Source: Octopus sinensis (lineage: Eukaryota). From it: a stretch of DNA of 64,000 bases. Location of the stretch: contig NC_042999.1 in NCBI RefSeq assembly GCF_006345805.1, positions 79,732,001 to 79,796,000 of the forward strand. Reading direction: 5' to 3'. The notes beneath the pieces were generated by a model that did not search any database, was not told the origin of the DNA, and worked only from the letters and a program-made list of their open reading frames with translations. Below, one piece after another: positions 51,390 through 64,000 of the stretch; within the stretch, counting starts at the first letter, position 1, and each line of letters begins with the position of its first letter. A program made the position numbers and the translations under genes.

Positions 51390-52600
51390 AATAATAATAA
51401 TAGATATCGTGATCATCCATAGAGATGAAAAAGAACCAATGATAATAGATGTTGCAAAATCAGGTGATACGGGGGTGAAATATAAGGACACAGAAAAGAG
51501 TGAGAAGTACCATCCACTACGGGACGAGATAGGAACGTTATGGGGCATGAGGAAAGTAATGATGATACTGGTGGTAATTGGAGCGTTAGGTGTAGTTTCT
51601 AAGAGCTTTTAAAATCATATTAAGAATATTGGAGCTGCTTTCAGGCTTGAGCTCGCATTCTAAGGAGAGTATTGTCTCTTTGAGTCACAGAAGAAATCAA
51701 CGTAGCATGGTATGTGAAAAATGCCACAGGACCTCTGTTATTGGAAGTAAGACGGTCTGGCTTGTTTAGGATAGAAGAATGCAAAGATAAAGACAGAGAA
51801 AACAGATTGCTGTGGATGACTAAAAGTGATTTAAAACAGGAAACGGAAGCTCTAATCTGTGCTACCCAAGAGTGAGCACTATTAACGAATTACATCAAAT
51901 ACAGAATAGACAACACAGCAGAAAGTGATAAGTGCAGAATTTGTAGACAAAATGGTGAAACCGTAAGGTATATTACCTGTCAATGTACGCCACTAGCCCA
52001 GAAAGAATATAAAGGACGTCATGACAATATAGCAAGGATTGTCCATTGGTCACTTTGCCACAAGTATGGACTTGACAGAACAAAACAGTGGTACGAACAT
52101 AAACCCGAAGGCATCATTGAATATGATAATGTTAAGATACTATGTGATTCCATGATTCAGTGCGATCATGAGATAAAGAATAGGAAGCCAAACATAGAGT
52201 TAATAGATAAAAAAAAAACAAACGATGCTGAATCATTGATATGGCATGCCTAGCTGACAACACGGTATGCGATAAGGAAGAAAAAAAAACGATAGATATG
52301 GCAGGTTAGCTTGGGAGGTTAAACAGTTGTGGTCGATGAAAAAGGTTGTAATAGTACCAATAATTGTCGGATCCCTGGGAACAGTGAGTAGAAATCTTGA
52401 GAAGTACATGGAACAAATAGAGGCTGCAATAAGGCGGGGAGCATTTGCAGAAAATAGCACTGCTTGGAACTGATCGAATACTCCTGAGGGTGCTTAAAAA
52501 TAAGAGGTGTTACCTTAGTTCACTAGTAGTGAACAGCTGGCACCGTAGTACATCTCCAGCGTTAGAATCTGTGCAAAAACAATAAATAATAATAATGATA
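51390..52600 (+). mobile_element. Two stacked R4/Dong-clade LINE 3' fragments ending in (TAA)n
   Basis: First REL fragment: IIDVAKSGD...KYHPLRDEIGTLWG...VIGALG. Second fragment: LKQETEALICATQE, CRIC...CTPLAQKEYKGRHD, REL domain, 3' UTR, (TAA)n tail. Confidence 0.92.
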
Positions 52601-53299
52601 ATAATAATAATCACAATAATCATAATTGTTTCTAACTTAGGCGCAAGGTCTGGAATTTGGGAGATTGGGTTGTCGATGATGTCACCCACAGTTTCCTTTC
52701 TTTTTTTTAATGACACTTTATTTTGCACATCTTGAACGGATGAATACGAAGGTGATCTCGGAGGATTTCAGAACTTAGAGAGCCGCAACAAATGTCTCAG
52801 TGAATGTCAGATGCTCTAAAGATTCTTTCAAACATTTGCAAAATGGTGAGAAATAATTCACTGCCTAGCTAAGAGAACATGTTTTTCATCATTCCATCTA
52901 CGACAAAACAAAAGAAAATATAAATCAAGATAATACATGTTCGATTATTTAGAGGTATTACTGACATATAAACTAGTACACACTAATAGCAAAGATATAC
53001 CACATACACCTATAGGTGTCGCCTAATCTAAGTGGTTTTAGAAGTTCGTTTGTAGATATGAAATAATCAAGCCGTCTCAGAACACTGTATGTAAAAATAG
53101 AACAGATTCAGACACAAAATAATAATTTTGATAACGTGTTGATAGTTATTATCACGCAAGCAAGTACAAAGGAGAATATAGCGAGAATGTTAACCAACAA
53201 CGAGATAAATGGCTACAGATGAAGAAAGAACTCAGTAAAAACGTCGTCCGATGAAACAACAAAGCCATTACATTTATATAAGTGATGACGGAATCATGC

Positions 53300-54830
53300 A
53301 ACTGATCATTGCATCATACAAGTGACCAGTGCATCTTATCAGGAGTCAATTACTTTAAAATAATTTTCTCACGAGAATATTTCTGAAGCAAAAGTTCTTC
53401 ATATATCCGAGTGTACTCAAACGTGTGAGATATATTTCATCGCTGCTTTGTTAGCCTCTAGTTAATTGATCCCGGCTTGACCAAGTTTTCTACACGTCTT
53501 CAAATGTAATTAATAACCATTTAGAACCGTTCTGAGATGGATATCAACTACTGATTCGGTGTCTGCAACTGATGAAGCGTAAGGACGCAGAAACTCTTTA
53601 ATCGTGCATCCTAAAGGCACCCTCCAAAGCGCAATGATGTATTTTCAGAGTAGTACAGAGACTACTTCTGTAGCGAAATGGTTTCCTACATCCAGCTGAG
53701 CACGAACGTGTTTAATGTGATTGTACTCATTTATAAAATCTATTGTGCGTATACAAAATAACGCTGATGAGAGAAGATAACTCTCCCAAGAAGAACTAAA
53801 TTAATATTACTGCTTGATAAGTATAGTATTTGCCTTGAACAATACGAAAATACTCAAATAATGCAGAAATAATTGCTTTAGAGAATAAAGGAGAAAGGTT
53901 TAGAGTTAGACAAAAAGGTTATCTCAGAATTACACAATCGAAAACAACCCACAGACATTCTAGAGAGCAATAGCACATAAATATGGTATCCACTAGAGAA
54001 ATATTTTGGAAACCCATTTTCGAAAACGGGGCCACGTATCGAAACCAATTGTCCATTAAAAAACTATGTAACAACAGTGTACATTGGAACTTAATAAATA
54101 TATAAATAAATCATTCAATATATTGTTTGAGATTTACTTTAAACAGTCTCGAAAACTGGAGGAGCTCAGGCATCGGTTTCATTGAAAATGTATAATGGTT
54201 GTTTTGTCATTTAACAAAACTAAGCAACGCTCACCCACAACATTCTGTTTTTAATGCTTATCAAATTACTAGATAGTTTCTTACCGATGACGCATCAATG
54301 ATCTCCAAGACAAATATGTAACTTATGATACATTTATCTATTTCTCCATCGTTTATTTGTAGGTAATTTATAAGCTGTCTTTCAAGGTGCTATTCCACAG
54401 AGTAAATGGACATTAAAAGCAATGTTCCCAGTCTGAGAGTCTTCTCTGTATTTTGAAGGATATTGACAATGGCATTAAAATACCTTTTCAACTGGAAAAA
54501 AATGATGGGCTACAATACAGTAAGATGGATTAAGATAATGAGAAAATGAGTTGGAAATCAGGACTGGGAAATAATAAAAATAAACTGGACAATTCAAAAT
54601 TCTACAAATACTTGAGCATAAATAAAACTATGAGAAAGCTGTACGAACAGGAACAAAAAATAATTCCAGAAGAAAAAGAAATTAAATAAAAAAAATCTCG
54701 TTTCATTAACAAGAATATTATCTGTGGTACTAAGAAATTTAGTGCCTCTCAAAGCATATGATTTTTATCATATTGGAGTAGTGAGCGACAAATTTAGATA
54801 CCACACACAGTATGATGAAATACCTTAGTT
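53300..54830 (+). mobile_element. Ancient R4-like LINE RT remnants
   Basis: LENWRSSGIGFI and YKYLSI motifs, otherwise decayed. Confidence 0.4.
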
Positions 54831-55649
54831 CCATCTAATATTTAATTTCGTCGAAGATCATCCCAGTATACTTTTTATAGTGAAGAGAAAAATCAATCTC
54901 GTCTACTTTTGGGGGGGATATGTTTATTAAATTTGAGTCGATGATATCTATATATCACAAGTACAGAGAAACGCAACATTAAAAGTCAATCTTAACGAGA
55001 TTAGAACACACAGCTTCCAGGCAAAATTTTGGCAATTCACAAATAATTTAAGCAATACTCTACATTCTTGGTCATCTCCAGCATACTTGTCTAAGGAATA
55101 AATGACCATAAAAGCCCATTTCGGCTAACCGTTAGCTTGAGTGTCTAATCAATGTGCTATTCAACGGAGCCATTCGTATAGAATTCGTTATTATTTAGTT
55201 GCAAACAGCAATTGGAAGAAAGGAAGGAAATTGAGTCCAAATCTTATTAGCGTCGTAAATTGGGGAGATAAAAATGTAATCTACGAGTGAATTATTCTAA
55301 GAAATGAACGAGTGGGAAGAATGTCCCCACCTCTCACCATTAAATTGTGTTTATTTACTTATTTAGCTTTCATTTCTTCATTTGTTCCAATGTCTATTCA
55401 ATGTTTCATGTAGTTATACACTTCCATAACTTTTGCTTTTCTTCCCACACCTTCCCTCTTCTCTTCTCTTCGTCTCTCTTCGTCTCTCTTCTTCTCTCTT
55501 TCTGCCTCTCTTTCTTCTTGTCCAGAAAGCTATAAGCTATACTACAAAAAGAACCTATATACATTATAAATACGCAGCACATACATGCATATATATACTT
55601 ACATATATACATGCATGCATACATACATACATACACACACACACATATA

Positions 55650-55688
<39 letters not shown>

Positions 55689-56961
55689 TATATATATATG
55701 CAAGTATGTATATGTATGTGTATAGATGCGTATGAGTGTATCTGTGTGAGTTATGTATGTGTATATAAATATACATATGTGTATATGTATATTTAAACCT
55801 GTGTGTATGCTTGTGAGAGCATGTATATGTATGCAGTAACGGACACAATCTCAAACACTATATAAATTAAGCCAGAAGCATTCATCTCGACAAATTAAGT
55901 AAGAAAATTCATTTCGTCAGCAGCAAATTGTAACAAGCCATTAATAGAGCAAGCAGACGGTTAGAAAGGAGGAAAGGAGTGATAGCTGACAGAGTAAACG
56001 AAGGCGTGGAGAAGAGAATGAGCAATGTAGATATGTAGAACCGCACATTCACATATAGATAGATAAGAGATGGATATAAACACGCATTCACACACACACA
56101 TACATATAGTAAACGCATAGGTAGAACAAAGAGATTAATAATGATACATGAATTGAAGGAAAATGGCGGTGGAGTAGAGAAAAAGAGAGAGAGTGAGGAG
56201 TAGCAATGAAAGGCTATTTAAAAGGGTGTGAGAGAGGGAGAGAGGTAAGAAATGATGCTTCGGTTGGTAGCATGGGTGTTGGTTGATAGCATGGCTTCAT
56301 TAATAAATTAAGATCTGTTATCTTCTGCTATTGACAGAGCGACCAATTAAGCGGCTAAATATGCATAGATTTGCTTTTATAATCTGTTATAGTCGTTAGC
56401 GAGTTGCTAAGGCAGTAAGTAAAGTGATGTACATTTGAAGAAATTTGAAGCTAGTTTATCAAGCCGAAGCTAATCACTGCACACATTTTATCACTACTCA
56501 CACCTTCATCTCGAGTGTCACAATGAATATTATGTTTAACAGCCGAAATAGTAATGGTTGATTAGGTCGAAGTAAATTTGAATGCATAACATAGAAAAAA
56601 TAATAAAAACAGCAACAACAACTACACAAATAAACACTCAAGCTTAAATAAATAAGGAATACAGAAGACAAAAGAATCCCAGGTACCATGAGAAGATCTA
56701 TTATCACCACTATGACAACCATCGCCCTACCATCATACCTAGACAGTTATTCCTTTCTCCAATTCATGCATGTCAACTATGAAAGAACACGTAATGAAAA
56801 TTCAAATAATACAGAATATTATTTTGTGGTGCGTCCATTTGTGTTCATATGTGTGTGTTTGCGAGCGTTTGCCTTTGTGTATGCGTTTGAGAGCGGAGAA
56901 ATAGTATGGCGCAGGGGCGTTTTTTTCCAGACATTCCAGCTTCTTAGAAACGAATGATTAT

Positions 56962-56992
<31 letters not shown>

Positions 56993-57254
56993 TAATGTTT
57001 TATCATTTCTCTTATTTTGTTTTTAGGTAACCACATGACAAATGATTTATAGATGGAGAAGATAGGGAATTTTGCATTAGACATTCATTTTTATTTCTGG
57101 TGCTCAAACCTAAAATAATAATAAGACTGGAGATTCCTATTTGCTGGCATTAAGTTTTTATATAAGAGACAGTTCATCAAAATAATTGGGTGTCGAGGAA
57201 ACCAATTATTGTCTATGATTGAAAATTATAATTATAAACATTCATTTCTACCGT

Positions 57255-57430
57255 AGGTACAAGGCCTGAGATTTTTCGGGGAGGAGGCTAATCGATTACA
57301 TCAACTCCAGTGCGCAACTGGTATTAATTTTATTTATCCCAAAAGAACGAAAGTTAAAGCCAACCTGGCCGGTATTTGAACTTATAACGTGCGCCGAAAG
57401 AAAGGCCGCTAAACATTCAGCCAGTTGTCT
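57255..57430 (-). mobile_element. SINE family B, degenerate
   Basis: Reverse-complement match to the family B central motif. Confidence 0.75.
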
Positions 57431-59502
57431 ACATTAATAATAATAACAACTAGGGAAACTCGTGAATATTTTGCGGAATTAATGGTAAACCTGTTGGGTT
57501 ATATTTGAAAACTTCACCGAAAAGACCTGAGAACATAGCCTGTGTTGTGTCTGTATAAAAAGACAGTCGCTTATCTGCAACTCATTGAAAAGTGAAAGAA
57601 ACTGGAATACGGCACAATTTTATAGACTTAATATACAGCACACATAAAATAAATATTCACTCTTATTTTTCCATTTTTCTCAGAAACCAAATGAAAAAAA
57701 TATCCCGGATATATGATACAACCTTTAGTTTAATTGCATATGACTGTAACGTAAATAAGCGTGAATATTTCACGGCACTTTTCAAAAGCCAATCACCACC
57801 ACCAAAACCAGCAAAACCACCACCACCACCACCACCACCACTATCATCATCCTCTCTCTCTCTCTCTCACTCTTTCTCTCTCACTCTCTTTCTCTTCTCT
57901 CTGTGCCTTTCTTTAACCTCTGCTAAAATTATATTTTCAACTTTCCTCCCCTACCTTCTACTAACTTTTTTAACTACATAATAAATACTGTGTTCCCCTT
58001 ATCTAACGTCATGTACGCTTCTCTCTGCCTTTCTCCCTTTTTCTGTCTTATCCTCTTTTTCTCTCCTTTTTCTTTCTGCTCTCTTTCTCCTCAGCTAATC
58101 ACGTGAAAGCGATACATTTACATTCCCCCTGCTTCACGTCATGGCTGCTTCTTTCTCTCTACCTCTATTTCTCTTTCTCTCTTTTTCTCTCTCCCGCTTT
58201 TTCTCTAATCCCGTAAAAGCGTTACTGATGGACTAAGTAACGCAATGACAAGCAGAATTATTATAAGATGTTGAGGAAAAAAAACCCAGTTTCGATAGAT
58301 AAATTTATCGCGATGTGGGCGAGAAATCCGAGCGTTTAGTCAACTAATCTTTATAGAAGAGAAATTGTTTAATAGTAAAATTTTCAGTCTTGTCTGATAA
58401 GGAGTTCTATGGGAAACCTAGTAAATATTTTTCTCTTACCGACAGTGTTTTTTCCAAAACCTAGTAAACAATATATGTATTAATTTCAATACATTAGATA
58501 TTACTTATAAAATATAATTCATTCTCATACTTAATTTAAAAATAAAACTGGTTCTTGCTTGTAGGCGCTAACGTCAGTGAACAGGCTTTGGTTTTCTTGA
58601 TACCTGTCAGTAAAATATAGAATATAGCAACGCATACCAAACTGTATATTTGTACCAGAGGGAGTGCATTTCAGCGCTAAGTTGTTTACTCAATCAAAAT
58701 AATAATGAATATGTCTTAAAAATCTAAGAGAACTGATCCTTGTATCCTGTTGATATTAGAACTGACACGTTGAGATCTAATTAAGTGTAATGAAGTATTA
58801 TGATTGAGGACGCATATGAAATCATGAATCACAAGGTAACCTTCTCAAGGTTACATAAGCAATTTCGACTTTTAAATAGTGTTTTGTTAGCACAACCTGT
58901 GTAATAAAAATATCAAGCTATATTTCTTTTTTTTTTTTTTTGAAGAAACACTGAAAGTTAAATGCGTTGTTATGATGTGAAAGTCAGCAAATAAGTAAAC
59001 CGTTTTAGTAATTCCATAGAGTATCAATGGTTAACAACGTCTCGCTCTTCGTTGAAGCACTCCCTTGGATATATAAAAAAGAAAATTACTATTCTTGGAA
59101 CTAACGAGTTTTGTTACTAACAATGGAGCAATTGAAGACTGAGGTAAAACGAAAAAATAATGTTTAAATACTGGTGATACTATCAGCTAATAACATAAAA
59201 CGACTTTAATGAGAATGTGGGAGTTACAAGATCAAGGGCTGATTAATTACTTGACAAACATAAATGATCAACAAACAGCGGATCGGTTTCAATAACATAG
59301 TTTATTCCGAATATGATATAGCTTGTAGTGTTGACGCTTCTTTTTATTTTCAATTATAATAAAAACAATTTAACATTAATCTGATGTGCTACACTACACT
59401 TTTGTAGAGTACAAATTTATATTTCTTAGACAAGAGTATTTTTTACAGTGACTTCGAAGTTACGACCAGTTAAGCAATCGTAGGGCTGCAGTCTTGATTA
59501 AG

Positions 59503-59544
<42 letters not shown>

Positions 59545-60077
59545 TATATAATATATATATATATACATATATATATACATATATATATATATACATATAT
59601 ATATATATGCGTGTGTGTGTGTGTGTAACTTTTGTTTTTGACTAGTAAGAGCTAATAACTCTAGATAGACGAATAGATAAATTTAGACTTGCACATACAT
59701 ATACAGACACGTAACATGTAGCTCTTAAAATTATTAGTATAAAAAGAAAAAAAAAACAAATTTAAGTTAAAATATATATGCGTATATCGCTAAATTAATA
59801 TAAATAAGCACAATTTAATATAATACGATGAATACTTGAGGCAATATATGACAAGAACCTGTTGACTGAAATCTCTTGCAGTGCTTTATTATGTCCCTTT
59901 GGATTTTGAGTTCGGATCTCTCCAACATTGGCCTTAACTTTTCAGCCATCCTCGTCCGGTCGATAAAATAAAAACGAGCTTCAAATATTTAGGAAGTAGT
60001 TTTAAAAGGAAAGTTCTCCCCCTTCTCAAATTTGAGTGTAATTTTCGATGAAGCTGATGAAATTTCTCCATATAGTC

Positions 60078-60365
60078 GCGGGCGTGGCTGCGTGGTAAGA
60101 AGCTTGCTTCTTAACCACATGGTTGCAGTTTCAATCCCACTGCGTGGCACCGTGGACAGGTGTCTTCTTCTATAGCCTTGGGATGACCAAAGCCTTGTGA
60201 GTGGATTGGTAGACAGAAACGGAAAAACGCCCGTCGTTCATTTATGTATATTATACTTCTGTGTCTGTGTTTGTACCACCATCATCACTTTTGTTTGACT
60301 AAACGCGGTGCTCCAGTATGGCTGCAGTCAAATGATTGAAACAAGAGAATAAAAAAATAAAAGAA
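60078..60365 (+). mobile_element. SINE family A, internally shortened
   Basis: Head and 3' tail present. Confidence 0.88.
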
Positions 60366-60419
60366 TATATTTAAAACAGAATTAAAAAATTTGGGCTCTC
60401 TACATTAATTATTGCATCC

Positions 60420-60900
60420 AGCTTGCACATAACCGTACACTCTTTGTGCTCATGGGACCCTTCATAAATTTTGCATTGCCATTATTTTCAGTTATCAAAT
60501 CAGCAAATTATTTCACCGTCAAAATCATAGACGTCGCAAATAGTATTTTGATCAAGTGGAGTTTCGACTGTGCTTCGTTGAAGAAATGTAATAAGATGGA
60601 AACAAGTCCCAAGTTGTCACCGCATATACAAAACGATTTGATCCGGTAAAGTTTATATTCATTCATTTTTGAATCAACTGAAATTTCCTATGTTCTCTCC
60701 CTTATCTCTTTTGGAAGAAATTTTCATTGACTCTAATATATTGAATTACAATCATTTTAATAGCTCAATATTATTTTCGGGTGGTCACATACGGCATTGA
60801 AGCCAGTTGGTAAACACACATTTATCAGTCAAGAGGCACTTAGCCAATTTTCAAATGACATTTGGGTAGATTTTTAACGACTTTATCCTTAAAGATGATG
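60420..60900. mobile_element. Possible hAT-like transposase remnants
   Basis: SPHIQNDLI (+) and IYPNV...KLAKCLLT (-) resemble hAT/DUF4371 motifs, but they are very short. Confidence 0.3.
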
Positions 60901-60916
60901 CCCCAGTACCAACTGA

Positions 60917-60979
<63 letters not shown>

Positions 60980-61266
60980 CATTTAAATAGCTATTTATAA
61001 GCACAAGGAAAACAAATAATGTGTGTCTTATTCACTACTACATTATAAATTGGTCATAAATAATGCCAAAAACTTAAAAGCTTTAAAACCAATAGCTGAT
61101 TGCCTGCATGTATAAATAAATACTCATTCACACTCACAAACCAACAAAACCTCACCGACATATAGTGGTGTAAGAATGAACGTACATATGTATACATGTA
61201 TATATGTGTATGTGGGTGTATCTATATGTATACGCACTGATATACACACACACACACACACTTATG

Positions 61267-61321
<55 letters not shown>

Positions 61322-62448
61322 ATATATATATATATATATACATATATGTATAGACATGCGTGTATGATTTATACATCTATACATATGTATATGTATGCAT
61401 GTATAAATATATATAAATATATACACACATACATGTATATATATATTTATGTGTGTGTGTGTATCTGTAAATTTAGATTTACATTCATACTTATATGTGT
61501 ATATATAATTTTATAATATATGCGTGTGTTTGTATAGTTGTTTATATACGTGCATACGTACGCGCACACGTTCACATTAACATATGCGTATGTATGTGTG
61601 AATGTATCCATGTGTTTGCATACGTGTATATTGACCTGTGTACCTAACAGCCAATCTGAACAAAGACACTCACACACCCACATCCGTATTACCTAAATTC
61701 GTATATAAGTACGAAACATTTTATTACTCGCTAAAATACTAAAATATAAATAAGAATGAGATGAAATCGTACAGATTTCTATCTAGTTTACAAATACAGT
61801 AAGAATTTTACGGCTCCCTTTCACTTCAGTTGTTTAATTAATCGCGGCTTTATGTCTGTAGATGTGGCAAATTTTCTCGTCGTCTTGTGTAAACACGAAT
61901 TCGTTGCGGACGCCATTTCTAACGCCTTCAAATCAGTTTATTTGCGTAAGACGCAGTAAATGTAAGTAAACTATACTAACACGAAGAAATACTTCCTGTA
62001 AGCTATTTAAGGTCTAGTTGAATAGTGACAGTTTGACAGTGCTTGCATTACCAATTAGAGAATATAGAGAGAAACGCAACATACACACACACGTGCGCAT
62101 ATAGAAACTTGCACACACATACATAGGCATTTTAGGTACTCATATTATCATATATACGCTTTCACCTTCGCACGTGCTCACTCAAAATACTAAAATATTT
62201 ACACACTCTCATTCACACTGAATTAATCAAATATTTACATAGAGGATTTATTTGTTACCAAATCACATATACATACACACACAAGAACAAGCCAACAACA
62301 TGCCCACACACATAATAAATTGCTAAACCTGAAATACGTATAGCCATACAATACACATATTTGTGAGTGTGCGACTGTGTGTATGTATGAGTGTGTGTGT
62401 GTGTGTGTGCGCACCTACGTACATGTGTGTGTGTCTGTGTGTGGTTAT

Positions 62449-62491
<43 letters not shown>

Positions 62492-62827
62492 GTGTGTGTA
62501 TGTGTGTATGTTTGCATGTTAAAATAATTTTGAATTCCAAATCCATTTCAGAATGACAACCGACCGTTTATTGTTGGTGTAACTATACTAAAACCAGTTG
62601 TAAAACCCAATACACGAAAGTTGAAGCCCCAGTTAATTTACTCTTTGCAATACACACACACACACACATATATAAACACACACACACACACATATATATA
62701 TATCCTACAATATAGTAATCAATGAAATTCCAACCCAGTGTGATTTTCGCCTTTTATTATTTACAATTACTACAATTTTACAATATTGAAATCATAGAAT
62801 AGTATACAAATAAATTTTGTAATAAAA

Positions 62828-63060
62828 CTAGTACTCCCATGCGTTACGCAGTCAGTAGGCTTATGTAGTGACATTCATGTTCCACAATTGATAACTGTAG
62901 TGAAATGACTAGATTTGTCCTTTTAATACCACCCGATGGGCTCACTCAGGCTTAATCTTACGAACTGTATTTTGACCAAATAGTGTGTGGCTTAGATTTC
63001 ACGGCTTACACGTCACGGTTTCGTGCGCACTTCATGGGCTCTTTATTTTGCACGCACCTA
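62828..63060 (-). mobile_element. Possible Helitron 3' terminus
   Basis: Minus strand tgcgtaacgcatgggagtaCTAG|T. Confidence 0.4.
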
Positions 63061-63284
63061 AAGAAGTAATTGTTTGGTTATATTTTGGAATGTTGTAAAC
63101 AGCACTCCTGGTTTCATTGAATATTACTCCTTCAATTTTTCAGAAATTTTACATTTCAATCAAGTCAATGTTGATATGTTTAACACTACTACCATCATCA
63201 CCATCAACTTTATTATTGTTGTTAGTGGTGGTGGTGGTGGTGGTGGTAGTAGTAGTAATAGCAGTGGTACTTATTATTATTATT

Positions 63285-63665
63285 GAATGAAAGAGCAGTG
63301 CATGCCATCAAAGTGACACTGAGGTAAAATATACGAAGCCCAGTATACCCATTATGACTACTCATCTGATAAGGGTAACCAGGCACATGCCACACAACCA
63401 TATGTGTGCGACATGGTAATCTCATATCAAGATAAACAGCACATGGCTTTGCAGGTGGGGCCCAGTTAGAATTTTCTTCTGGTCGAGTAACCCACCCCGC
63501 TCAAAAGGTCCCTGAAAAAGGGTTGTTTAAGGATGTTGAACGAACCATCCATGTTTCCAAAGGTGAATTATCCAATCCTCTAAGAATTCCTTTCAACACA
63601 CAACTTTGATGCTCCTCCACTACTTCTGCTCATTATCAGAGATGCACATATCGTCAGCCACTAAG
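63285..63665 (-). mobile_element. Non-coding (TAA)n-tailed interspersed repeat (probable non-autonomous retroposon or LINE 3' UTR)
   Basis: GC-richer 380-bp block ending in (TAA)n on the minus strand. Recalled as a common octopus repeat, class unresolved. Confidence 0.5.
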
Positions 63666-63724
63666 GGATATGGTCAACTGACTATTAAGAAATTGATATT
63701 ATTTTACTAGCTAGGAAGACTATC

Positions 63725-64000
63725 ATAGAATTTGAGGGAAAATTGTGGACTAGGGCTGATACCCCAAATAATTTTGATATACCCATGAGCTCCAGTGAAT
63801 CGACGGAGGTCACTAATTTAGTAGGGACTTATTGAAATGCCCAAGTAGAGAGGTCCCGGAATTGCTAGGAGGTTTATATAGGGATGATGCATTATTCATC
63901 GTCCCTAGCAATAATAAATCGATCATTGAGGGAATAAGAAAGAATATTAGTAGATTTTTCAAAAATTTTAACTTAGGTATTACTTATGAATATAACACTA
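63725..64000 (+). mobile_element. Penelope-like element RT fragment (GLYRDD type), runs off the window
   Basis: FDIPMSS...EVTNLVGTY*...GGLYRDDALF...IRKNISRFFKNFNLGITYE, with a stop and a frameshift. Confidence 0.8.

Noticed and set aside
52750-52850. Peptide loosely resembling a Kunitz C-terminus
   Set aside because: In-frame stop and no proper acceptor. Likely chance.
53762-53800. CTGATGA followed by a gaga/tctc stem
   Set aside because: No GAAA after the stem, so not a hammerhead.

Overview
Eukaryotic, AT-rich, microsatellite-saturated non-coding DNA. The SINE families present are ones I recall from Octopus/coleoid cephalopod genomes (recall, not a database hit). There is no intact protein-coding gene, operon, rRNA, true tRNA or CRISPR array, and almost all ORF-track entries are microsatellite translations. 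The window holds decayed transposons: the 3' end of a Tx1/L1 LINE, Penelope-like elements (PLEs), R4/Dong-like and CR1-like LINE fragments, several Tc1/mariner copies and MITEs, Helitron ends and at least four tRNA-derived SINE families. A few + strand exon candidates, including a 12-nt microexon, suggest it lies in long introns. The most interesting signal is a set of minimal type I hammerhead ribozyme (HHR) motifs in PLE terminal-repeat-like modules, repeatedly arranged as divergent inverted repeats. One family has a non-canonical CCGACGA core (U4C) with GNRA-capped stem II variation, best copy at 49108-49155 (-). A 558-bp palindrome (15348-15905) carries a canonical-core HHR with palindromic stem III in each arm. 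Coordinates were counted by hand, and element boundaries are approximate unless TIRs or splice sites are quoted.
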